A program made the position numbers and the translations under genes. The notes under the pieces are model-generated. The model was not told the origin of the DNA, made no database searches, and was given only the letters and a program-made list of their open reading frames with translations. This document shows, piece by piece, positions 42,001 through 51,036 of a DNA stretch of 64,000 nucleotides. Each line of letters starts with the position of its first letter. Within the stretch, counting starts at the first letter, position 1. Source of the DNA: Perkinsela sp. CCAP 1560/9 (Eukaryota; Protista; Euglenozoa: Kinetoplastea); the NCBI GenBank assembly GCA_965644495.1, contig CBFFSA010000011.1, forward strand, positions 589,231-653,230. Reading direction: 5' to 3'.

Positions 42001-43845
42001 AGTCTTCAAAAAATCAAAGGTCTTCAAAAAAACAAAGGTCTTCAAAAAAACAAAGGTCTTCAAAAAAACAAAGGTCTTCAAAAAAACAAAGGTCTTCAAA
42101 AAAACAAAGGTCCTCAAAAAAACAAAGGTCTTCAAAAAAAACAAAGGTCATCAAAAAAACAAAGGTCTTCAAAAAAACAAAGGTCTTCAAAAAAAAAAAG
42201 GTCTTCAAAAAAACAAAGGTCTTCAAAAAAACAAAGGTCTTCAAAAAAACAAAGGTCTTCAAAAACAAAGGTCTTCAAAAAAACAAAGGTCTTCAAAAAA
42301 ACAAAGGTCTTCAAAAAAACAAAGGTCTTCAAAAAAACAAAGGTCTTCAAAAAAACAAAGGTCTTCAAAAAAACAAAGGTCTTCAAAAAAACATAGGTCT
42401 TCAAAAGAAGAAAGGTCTTCAAAAAAACAAAGGTCTTCAAAAAAACAAAGGTCTTCAAAAAAACAAAGGTCTTCAAAAACAAAGGTCTTCAAAAAAACAA
42501 AGGTCTTCAAAAAAACAAAGGTCTTCAAAAAAACAAAGGTCTTCAAAAACAAAGGTCTTCAAAAAAACAAAGGTCTTCAAAAAGTCAAAAGGTCTTCAAA
42601 AAAAAAGGTCTTCAAAAAAACAAAGGTCTTCAAAAAAACAAAGGTCTTCAAAAAAACAAAAGGTCTTCAAAAAAGGAAAGGTCTTCAAAAAAACAAAGGT
42701 CTTCAAAAAAACAAAGGTCTTCGAAAAAACAAAGGTCTTCAAAAAAACAAAGGTCTTCAAAAAAACATAGGTCTTCAAAAAAACAAAGGTCTTCAAAAAA
42801 ACGAAGGTCTTCAAAAAAACAAACGTCTTCAAAAAAACAAAGGTCTTCAAAAAAACAAAGGTCTTCAAAAAAACAAAGGTCTTCAAAAAAAAAAAGGTCT
42901 TCAAAAAAAACAAAGGTCTTCAAAAAAACAAAAGTCTTCAAAAAAACAAAGTCTTCAAAAAATCAAAGGTCTTCAAAAAAACAAAGGTCTTCAAAAAAAC
43001 AAAGGTCTTCAAAAAAACAAAGGTCTTCAAAAAAACAAAGTCTTCAAAAAAACAAAGGTCTTCAAAAAAACAAAGGTCTTCAAAAAAACAGAGGTCTTCA
43101 AAAAAACAAAGGTCTTCAAAAAATCAAAGGTCTTCAAAAAAACAAAGGTCTTCAAAAAAAAACAAAGGTCTTCAAAACAACAAAAGTCTTCAAAAAAACA
43201 AAGGTCTTCAAAAAAACAAAGGTCTTCAAAAAAACAAAGGTCATCAAAAAAACAAAGGTCTTCAAAAAAACAAAGGTCTTCAAAAAAACAAAGGTCTTGA
43301 AAAAAAACAAAGTTCTTCAAAAAAAACAAAGGTCTTCAAAAAAACAAAGGTCTTCAAAAAAACAAAGGTCTTCAAAAAAAACAAAGGTCTTCAAAAAAAC
43401 AAAGGTCTTCAAAAAAAACAAAGGTCTTCAAAAAAACAAAGGTCTTCAAAAAAACAAAGGTCTTCAAAAAAACAAAGTCTTCAAAAAAACAAAGGTCTTC
43501 AAAAAAACAAAGGTCTTCAAAAAAACAAACTTCTTCAAAAAAACAAAGGTCTTCAAAAAAACAAAGGTCTTCAAAAAAACAAAGGTCTTCAAAAAAACAA
43601 AGGTCTTCAAAAAAACAAAGGTCTTCAAAAAAAACAAAGGTCTTCAAAAAAACAAAGGTCTTCAAAAAAACAAAGGTCTTCAAAAAAACAAAGGTCTTCA
43701 AAAAAACAAAGGTCTTCAAAAAAACAAAGGTCTTCAGAAAAACAAAGGTCTTCAAAAAAACAAAGGTCTTCAAAAAAACAAAGGTCTTGAAAAAAACATA
43801 GGTCTTCAAAAAAACAAAGGTCTTCAAAAAAACAAAGGTCTTCAA
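1..43845. repeat. 18-bp tandem satellite array, consensus CAAAGGTCTTCAAAAAAA, with higher-order repeat structure; open at left window edge
   Basis: Uninterrupted head-to-tail monomers, with length variants and a small recurring set of substitutions (GAAAGG, CATAGG, GTCATC, TTCGAA, AAAGTCAAAAGG, AAATCAAAGG). Ends abruptly at ...GGTCTTCAA|TGTCCAG (43845). Nearly every monomer carries GTCTTC (BbsI site). Confidence 0.99.
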
Positions 43846-44141
43846 TGTCCAGTGTGTTGCCAAAAACAAACGCAAGATATCTAATACTGGGAGGGAACCG
43901 GTCAACAAAAGGGGTATATTACTTCCTACTAGTACTGGAGTAAAATCGTCAGAAGAGAGTGAGGATCTAACCCTGGAAGCTGATTATGTTGGAAAAGATA
44001 AAAGTTATGAACAATTAAGAGTGCTTCACGAAAAAGTGGATAATAAGAGGGAAGATTCACCTAGGAGGAAGGTGTCTGCACGAAAAACAAAACAGTAGTT
44101 TTATCAGCCGATGTAAATCGGCCTTTTTGGATTGGATTTGA
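43846..44141 (+). mobile_element. 3'-terminal fragment of a non-LTR retrotransposon (L0): ORF C-terminal tail, 3' stem-loop and (TTGGA)n tail
   Basis: Hand translation ...NKRGILLPTSTGVKSSE...LHEK...DSPRRKVSARKTKQ* (stop 44096-44098) aligns with the tail of the 44663..47416 ORF (SKKGTSPPVETGVDSPE...LHER...NSPERKTSKRRIKR). It is followed by GCCGAT-GTAA-ATCGGC (44107-44122) and TTTTTGGATTGGATTTGA, the same layout as the L1 3' end. Confidence 0.75.
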
Positions 44142-44437
44142 TAGTACTGCACTGTTGCACAATACACGCTTCCCTCTGCATAACGATAGGGGCTACTGCA
44201 AGAGATTTGAAACATCTTTCAAGCAGTAGCCTTCTACAATACCAAGAAAGGTATGAGAAATATCGATTAATCATAGTAGACGAAGTGTCAAGGATCAGCA
44301 AGTGCTTCCTTCAATCAAAATCAACAATAGATTGCAGCAAATCAAAGGCAATGAGCAGCTCCCCTATGGAGGCATCAACATGCTCTTTGTTGGAGTGTTC
44401 ATCCAATTGGTAAAACCTCTGACCTCTGAGGGCCAAG
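44142..44437 (+). pseudogene. Pif1-family (Helitron-like) helicase remnant, part 1 (motifs Ib, II, III)
   Basis: TIHASL (motif Ib-like) and LIIVDEVSRIS (Walker B, DEVSM-like) lie in ORF 44132. After a frameshift, INNRLQQIKGNEQLPYGGINMLFVGVFIQL (FGG..VGDFxQL motif III-like) lies in ORF 44302. Confidence 0.8.
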
Positions 44438-47400
44438 CAAGCAGTGTGGGAAATGGCGAAGAAAGAGGAAGAGATCACATGGGAACACTTATCGGAAAAT
44501 ATGGTACACACAGCGAAAAGACTCTCAAAAAAGGAATGAACCCCAAAAACGACCAACGCACCTACAGGGACAGAAAACACACCACCGGGTACAGAAACAC
44601 CGCGCATCTCAGGGTTTCGCGACTTATTTCTTCAGAGTCGAAAACCGGACCACTTCAAGGAAGTGCTAAAAGAGCATGGAGAAGAAATTGAGGCGCAGAT
44701 TGGGCAAGAATGCGCCGAAATTGAAGCACGTCTGCGGCGAAACCGTTCTAATCCGTGGCGTACGCTACGTAGAATTTGCGGTTTGTACAGGGAGACTCTT
44801 TGCATCGAGACCTCGTCGACAAGGGAAACTCTTAAGATTGTTAAAGATTTCTTTGCTCGTATGGGGTCCGATGATCGCGGAGATAAAGATATAAAATTTG
44901 ACGAAGTAGTCAGCCCGAAAGTACCAATCAACGATGAAAGTTTCACTGTAGAAGAGCTCGAGGACGGCATCAGTAGACTAGCGCGCAACAAGGCACCTGG
45001 AATAGACCAAATTCCGGCGGAGGCACTCAGAATGATCACAGAACATGCTGAACTGAGAAAATCCTTATTACATATTATAAACGAGGTTCATCGAACAGGG
45101 GTTTCGCCTGCGTCCTGGAAAATTATCCTTCAGGTGCCTATTCCAAAAAAAGGCGACCTGACACAAATAGCGAATTGGCGGCCAATCTGTCTCGTGAACA
45201 GTGCGGTTAAATTGATGAATGCAATGATCCTGAAAAGAATCAGACCATCCATCGAGCCGCTCCTTCGCGACAGTCAATTTGGTTTTCGGCCAGAAAGGTC
45301 CACGGTAGGGGCGCAAATCATTTTGAATGATGCAAGAGTTCGTGCGACCAGGGGCAAGAAAGGCATTGCAGTGGCATTTATGGACTTCGCAAAAGCATTT
45401 CCCTCAGTATCCTTTCATGCGATCCGTGCTGCATTGAATGCCTTTCATGTCGGACCAGCGCTTACTAGGATGGTAATGTCCTTGTACTCGGATTTAAAAG
45501 GAATAGTCCGCACACCATACGGAAACACGGATTCTTTTCCCATTGAAACAGGAATTCTTCAAGGGGACGTGCTTGCTCCTTATCTCTTTGTGCTTGTAAT
45601 CGATAGGATTCTGAACAAAGCACTCGATAACAAGCCGCTCGGGATTCTTCTAATGAGCAGCGGGACGAAAAGCAGGGGAATTCAAGAATTTAGACTAAAG
45701 GACATCGACTACGCAGACGACATAGCACTTTTAGCTTCCACGAAACATGAAATATCGCAAATGATCGAAGCTACGGCAAATGAGGCAAAACCAGCTAATC
45801 TGAGGATTGCCGTGGGGAAAACCAAGACTGCGTGGATGGCCTTTGGGAAAGTTCCGGGGGGGACGCGAGAACTTCGAGCAGGATCGCTTGGCAAGATTCC
45901 TCTTGTGGATTCCTACCGGCATCTTGGTCATCTTCAAGATGCTACAGCATCATCCCCCATCAAGGACAGGTTAAGGCTCACATGGGCAGCATTTCGTAAA
46001 CTCAGTGGCATTTGGGCTTCTCCTCTGAGTGCTGCCACGAAAATACGCCTGTTTGACTGCTTGATCTACCCTATTTTAACGTTTGGTGCAGCCTGTCTTT
46101 CTCTTTCTAACAAAATGCTTCGAAAAACGGAGGTTGAGGTAAATATGATGAGGCGATTCGCTTGTAACTCAGCAACGCTTGCCGATTTCGGACACTGCTA
46201 CCCATTAGAGTCCTTGTATTGTGGTACGCCTCGATTTTCGACCGTGCATCGTGTTGCCCGTGCGAAAATCGTTGGCCACATGCTCAGGCACTCCTCTACG
46301 TTTCGCGAGCTCGTTCAATGGAATAGCACGGAAAAAACAAGAAATATTTCTCCTAGCGAAGCAAGTTTTAATGATCTAGGGGTCACTCTGGAGCAGGCGC
46401 TTGTTTACTCGCAGGATCGGATACACTGGCAAAAGCTATGCGATGAGCTCAGGCAGAAACTTGAACCACTTCCGATGTATGAGGTATTAAGGTCTCCAAG
46501 GTGGAAAACTAAACACACTCAAGCGGTCAAAAGCAAAAGCTCTTATGAGCTACAATTTGTGGAGGAAGGCTCGGATCCGTTCCCCATGAGTGAGGGTGAG
46601 GTTCATATGTATATTGATGGCTCTGTTCGGCAGTTGCGGGGGTCCAAGGAACAAAGATCCGGTGCGGGAATAGTTCTGAGAATGAGTGGAACAGAAGACA
46701 AATACTATTCCATAGCATTGGATGCTGGCTCAGCTGAGAGAGCTGAGGTTGAATCGCTGAGGGAAGCGCTGGACAGGATACCTAATGAGGCTCAAACAGT
46801 TGTCATACACACCGATTCGTTCTATGTATGGAATTTCTTCCATCATACTCGTCTACGACGGCGAATCATTGGGTATCACAATCTACCGAATGGGGGTATC
46901 CTTGAGAAATTGGATCGGGAAATTCGAACGCTCCAATCGATGGATAAAAGGTGTTACGTGTGCAAAGTGAAATCCCACAACGGGAACATTTACAATGAGA
47001 AGGCAGACACCTTGGCGCTTGCAGGGTCGAGAAAAATAGCCCCAGCCTCAGAAATAAAGAGGATAAAGACTGCGACGTCGCGCTCAGAAGCTCAAAGGGT
47101 TAGCTCAGAAACCGTTCAAACCATGAATCGTCCTCGGAAACACTGTGGCCAAATACCTAAGCCATTAGGGAAAAGACGGGATTACTTCAAGATTGCAGAA
47201 GGTGATCTTCTCTCAAAAAAGGGTACCTCGCCACCTGTAGAGACTGGAGTGGATTCTCCTGAAAAGAAAGAGTGTTTGCCTGAGGAATGTGATGCCAAAA
47301 ATACAAAGTTGCATGAAAGACGTACCACGCCCGGTTCAGCGGACAAGGAGCATGAAAGGGCGAATTCACCTGAGAGAAAGACGTCGAAGCGACGAATAAA

Positions 47401-47453
47401 ACGGATGTGTTCTTAACCGATGCAAATCGGTCTTATAGGATAGGATAGGATAG
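44438..47453 (+). mobile_element. 5'-truncated non-LTR retrotransposon L1 (RT + RNase H) with a 10-bp TSD
   Basis: TSD GAGGGCCAAG at 44428-44437 and 47454-47463. LINE homology starts in frame at 44438 (WEHLSENMVHTAK ~ element B WERLSNSIITAAK), with one TGA at 44537. The 3' end is ACCGAT-GCAA-ATCGGT followed by a (TAGGA)n tail. Confidence 0.93.
44663..47416 (+). CDS. Reverse transcriptase + RNase H portion of the LINE ORF (917 aa; endonuclease lost by 5' truncation)
   Basis: RT motifs KAPGIDQIP, PIPKKGD..NWRPICL, QFGFRP, FMDFAKAF, GILQGDVLAPYLF and YADD. RNase HI motifs YIDGS, AERAE, HTDS and VKSH.G...NEKADTLA, with the catalytic DEDD residues and His present. Confidence 0.95.
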   Translation: MLKEHGEEIEAQIGQECAEIEARLRRNRSNPWRTLRRICGLYRETLCIETSSTRETLKIVKDFFARMGSDDRGDKDIKFDEVVSPKVPINDESFTVEELEDGISRLARNKAPGIDQIPAEALRMITEHAELRKSLLHIINEVHRTGVSPASWKIILQVPIPKKGDLTQIANWRPICLVNSAVKLMNAMILKRIRPSIEPLLRDSQFGFRPERSTVGAQIILNDARVRATRGKKGIAVAFMDFAKAFPSVSFHAIRAALNAFHVGPALTRMVMSLYSDLKGIVRTPYGNTDSFPIETGILQGDVLAPYLFVLVIDRILNKALDNKPLGILLMSSGTKSRGIQEFRLKDIDYADDIALLASTKHEISQMIEATANEAKPANLRIAVGKTKTAWMAFGKVPGGTRELRAGSLGKIPLVDSYRHLGHLQDATASSPIKDRLRLTWAAFRKLSGIWASPLSAATKIRLFDCLIYPILTFGAACLSLSNKMLRKTEVEVNMMRRFACNSATLADFGHCYPLESLYCGTPRFSTVHRVARAKIVGHMLRHSSTFRELVQWNSTEKTRNISPSEASFNDLGVTLEQALVYSQDRIHWQKLCDELRQKLEPLPMYEVLRSPRWKTKHTQAVKSKSSYELQFVEEGSDPFPMSEGEVHMYIDGSVRQLRGSKEQRSGAGIVLRMSGTEDKYYSIALDAGSAERAEVESLREALDRIPNEAQTVVIHTDSFYVWNFFHHTRLRRRIIGYHNLPNGGILEKLDREIRTLQSMDKRCYVCKVKSHNGNIYNEKADTLALAGSRKIAPASEIKRIKTATSRSEAQRVSSETVQTMNRPRKHCGQIPKPLGKRRDYFKIAEGDLLSKKGTSPPVETGVDSPEKKECLPEECDAKNTKLHERRTTPGSADKEHERANSPERKTSKRRIKRMCS

Positions 47454-47463
47454 GAGGGCCAAG

Positions 47464-47785
47464 AAAAGTTCCGCAATGCAATTGTCATTGTTTGAACAAA
47501 TATTGAACGACACAAGATTAATGTCGCAATGGCAAGAAATTTTGCCAGACGTCACAATTGCCCATTGTTCGCATGGGCAGGCGATAACGTCCAAGGTACT
47601 CATTGATAGAAAAAACTCATTGATACACACCCTGAAGCATTTTCTGTATTTGTAAAAGGAGCACCCGGTGTAATCACCGAGAATATTGCTCCTTGTAAGA
47701 TGAAAATTGCGAATGGGACCGTGATTGAAATGAAAGACCTTGTGTCAGACGATTTGTCATACGACACAAGTGGAATTAGGATTTG
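47464..47785 (+). pseudogene. Pif1-family helicase remnant, part 2 (resumes after the L1 TSD)
   Basis: Hand translation gives KFRNAIVIV*TNIERHKINVAMARNFA and, further on, FVKGAPGVITENIAPCKMKIANGTVIEM, which resembles the Pif1 GAPVML..N.....L.NGT segment. Contains stops. Confidence 0.65.
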
Positions 47786-48185
47786 AAGAAGAAGAAGACA
47801 CGGAGGGCTCTGCAGCGCCAACCGTGAGGGCAGAGTCTCAGGTCACTGACCTTCATCGTCTTGCTACCCCGTTCCCAGACGGCACTCGACGCCTTGCGGC
47901 CCGAGCACGGCTACCCAACCGTAGCTACCAGGACGGGCGTCCACCCCTTTGCATCGTGTAGGCTGTGTCTCAAGCCTCCTTTGCGTAAGCAGCTCGCAAT
48001 TTAGCGGCTGCGCTGGAGCCTGGTTCAGCTCGGCGGTTCCGGGTCGGTCCTCCAGGGGAGCGGGGGGTGTGGGCCTTGAAGGCCCTTCCTGATCGCTTTC
48101 CCTTTCGAGTTTTGTCGATAGTGGGAATCGAACCCCCAACCTGCAGGTTGTAGGGCCCACCGTCTACCAACTACACTCGCACCGC
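47786..48185 (-). mobile_element. tRNA-derived SINE, family 2, about 400 bp, (TTC)n tail
   Basis: The minus strand begins with a tRNA-like head: A-box GTGTAGTTGGT and B-box GGTTCGATTCCC (48123-48134). GC-rich body, TCTTCTTCTTCTTC tail. Candidate TSD AATT(A/T)GGATTTG at 47774-47785 and 48199-48210. Confidence 0.8.
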
Positions 48186-48282
48186 TTTAATTGTAGGCAA
48201 TTTGGATTTGCCTACACGTATCACAAAGTACAAGGAATTAACGTGAATAACGGTGTTTGACCATCTTTTTGTTAAGACCATC

Positions 48283-49380
48283 TTTTTGTTAATATTTTAA
48301 CAAAATGACGACGGATGCGTCCGGTGCGGTCGAGGTGCGCGTTGTTCGCAAATGTCTCGATCATTCCACGCTTGGTCGGGGCTCTCTTTTTCTGCCGCCT
48401 ATTCCGGTTGAAAATGAGGGTACAATACTCCTTCGCAGTGCGTTATCAAGTCTCATGCGCTGGATGCGTAGAGGTTGCCTTATTGCAGTCGTATGGCGGT
48501 ATGATGGTTCGAGTAAATACCGACTATGGGATGGAGATGTTATGGGAAACTTTGAGGATACTGATCGCTTCAGTGTGAAATATCATCAAAGAGCTGACCT
48601 GGTGTTTCCCTTCCCACCCATTTCCGCGAGAGTTATCATATGCGCTGTTCGAATGAGAGCGGCTCCCTCCCGGCGTAAGAGACGATGGCGTCGCTGCCCT
48701 ATCTAATCGACGTCGACCGGCGAGCATGTTGATCGCGCTTTGGAGAACCAAAATGGTTCGGCTGTGAAGGAGAAGTTGTCCATAGCGACCCTGAATGTGA
48801 CCTCATTAAAATTAGAGGGGGGGGATTTGTTTTCTATTCGATCATGTGTCCGATTGAAGGAAATATTGACCTTTATGAGTAGCAAGAGGATTCAGATACT
48901 GGGGTTGCAGGAAACGAGGTTCCGTTTTGATTCTCGTCTCTTTGGTGAGATTCTACGTCAGCAAACGGAGGACATGGGCGTTACGTATTACTTATATTTT
49001 TCCTCAGCCACGTCCGACCGTTCTTACAACGGAATGGCGCTCGTTAGTACTTTTCCTTTGGGAAAGGTGCGGGTTATCTCAGAACGGATTATGACTGCAC
49101 AGTTTCCTTGGGAAAACGGGAACGCTACACTATTCAATGTGCACGGTCCCATTAGGGATTCTTCTAGGGAAATGAAATCTACCTTCGGCGCTTCTTTAAG
49201 AAAAGCCGTTCGCGATCTTGACTCCACGAACCCCCAAAGACCTACGATCTTAATGGGAGATTTTAATTCCCCTTTAACGCTGGTCAACAAAACTGCTGAA
49301 GACAAAGCAGCTGTAGCTCGATTTCGCGCCTTACTTGTAGACGTTGGTTGCAATTCTGCCCACACTCTCTCACCAAGATC
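48283..49380 (+). mobile_element. LINE A, 5' part (N-terminal domain + APE endonuclease), cut by insertion of LINE B
   Basis: ORFs 48305 and 48740 are in one frame, separated by TAA at 48704. APE motifs IATLNV, LGLQET, FNVHGP and LMGDFNS. Ends at TSD TCACCAAGATC (49370-49380). Confidence 0.88.
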
Positions 49381-51036
49381 AACCTTTTTGTAAATTTTTG
49401 CAAAATGGCGGATGCGTCCGGTGCGCAGGAGTCCACGCGCATTATGAATCTTCTTTTGCGTTCCACGCTTGATCGGGGGGCCTTGTTTCGTCCTCACAAG
49501 GGCGGGAGGAGTCCTGCTAAGCTCCGCGCGAGGTCGTTGAGACAGTTGTTGCTGCGTATGGAAAAGGGGGCGAGGCTGGCAGTGGTGTGGAGATACGGGT
49601 ATAGTGATGATTTGAAGTTGTGGGAGGGGGTCGTCGAACGATGGCTTGGCTTGTGGCGCATTCGATACACCGAGCGCCTGCGTGAAACACTTCCGTTTCC
49701 CCCTTTAAGTCCTTTGATCGTTCTCTGCGCTGCTCGTGTTTTCAAACCTTTTTCCCTGTCCAGCAGAAAAAAGCGACATCGCAAAAGTAGGGCATTGTCC
49801 GGCAAACGTGCTCTTCATGACTCGGAGGGTCCTAGAGGCCCCGCTGTGAAGGGAAAGCTTAACGTGGCAACCTTGAATGTGACTAGTCTAAAGCTAAAGG
49901 GTGAGGATGAGTTTAGTTTGAGAAAGTGCGGGCACCTGTATGAAGTATTTAATTTTATGAATATGAAAGGAATCAATATTCTGGGAATGCAGGAGACAAG
50001 GTACAGATTTTGGTCTTCTGAAAAGTCGGAGGTACTTTGCCGCAAAGTACAATACCGGAATTCGGAATATTTCTTCAACCTCATTACAGCTCGCGCGAAG
50101 GATGCGTACAATGGAATGGGCATCGTAAGCTCAATGCCTATGTCCAAGGTATTTCGAGTAAGTAAAGGATCATGGCTGGTGAATTTGAGATGGAAGACGG
50201 AGTTGGGACAGTTGTTAATGTTTATGCTCCTACAAGAGATTCTTCGGAACTCGCGCTATCAACATTTTACGGAGGTTTAGAAAAGTGTTGCACAAAAGCA
50301 TTAGAAAACAATCTGCGACGCCCTCTTTTCGTGATAGGAGATTTCAACGCGCCCTTAACGCTTATATCAAACAAAGAAATGGACCCACTGGCTGTTGCTC
50401 GTCTCAAAGGTCTTTCCTGTGCTATGGGATGCAAATCCGCGCATAGCCTGTGCCCTAGTAGTAGGAAGTGGACCTGTGAGATGCCAAACAAAACTTTGCG
50501 TCAATTGGATCATATATTTATAAGCAGCCGATTCGCATCAGCCATTCAGCGCCACAAGGTCGTAAAGGCACCAGTTCCCACAACGCACTGCTGTGTAATT
50601 GCCAGTGTAAAAATTAAATGGAGAGCAGTAAACCCGAAAGCTGCAAATAATTATCTCTCTTGGGCCTTTCTTCGAAACAGTGAAAATCGTCAAGCATTTA
50701 TTACCAAAGTTCACTCTCAATCTGAGAAGGGGGGTAATATCATGCAAGGGTGGGAACGACTTTCGAACAGTCTAATAACCGCCGCCAAAAATTTTAAGAA
50801 GCCACAAAAACGTACGATAAACAGAGAACCTATTAAGCATGTGAAGATAAATAACCTGCGGGGCCTTTATCAGAGAAGCAGACAGAAGACTACGTTTAAT
50901 GAGTTAATAAAAGAACATAAAAAAGATATTGAACAGACCATTTCGGAAGAATGCTTAAAACTTGAGAACAAGCTTCGCGAGAATCACTCAAATCCATGGA
51001 GAACTCTTCGGCAAATATGTGGACAATACCGTACTC

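Noticed and set aside
1-43845. CRISPR-like array or information-bearing variant code
   Set aside because: There are no unique spacers and no cas genes. Variant order is explained by block duplication.
494-43908. Numerous ORFs, including a 1165-aa Lys-rich ORF (22587-26084) and FLKTFV/FEDLCF ORFs
   Set aside because: The 18-bp monomer has no stop in five of six frames. The ORFs switch frame at A-tract indels and start at chance codons, so there is no evidence of coding.
48110-48185. Functional tRNA genes at the SINE heads and at 54331
   Set aside because: A and B boxes are present but the cloverleaf stems are broken, and the context is mobile elements.
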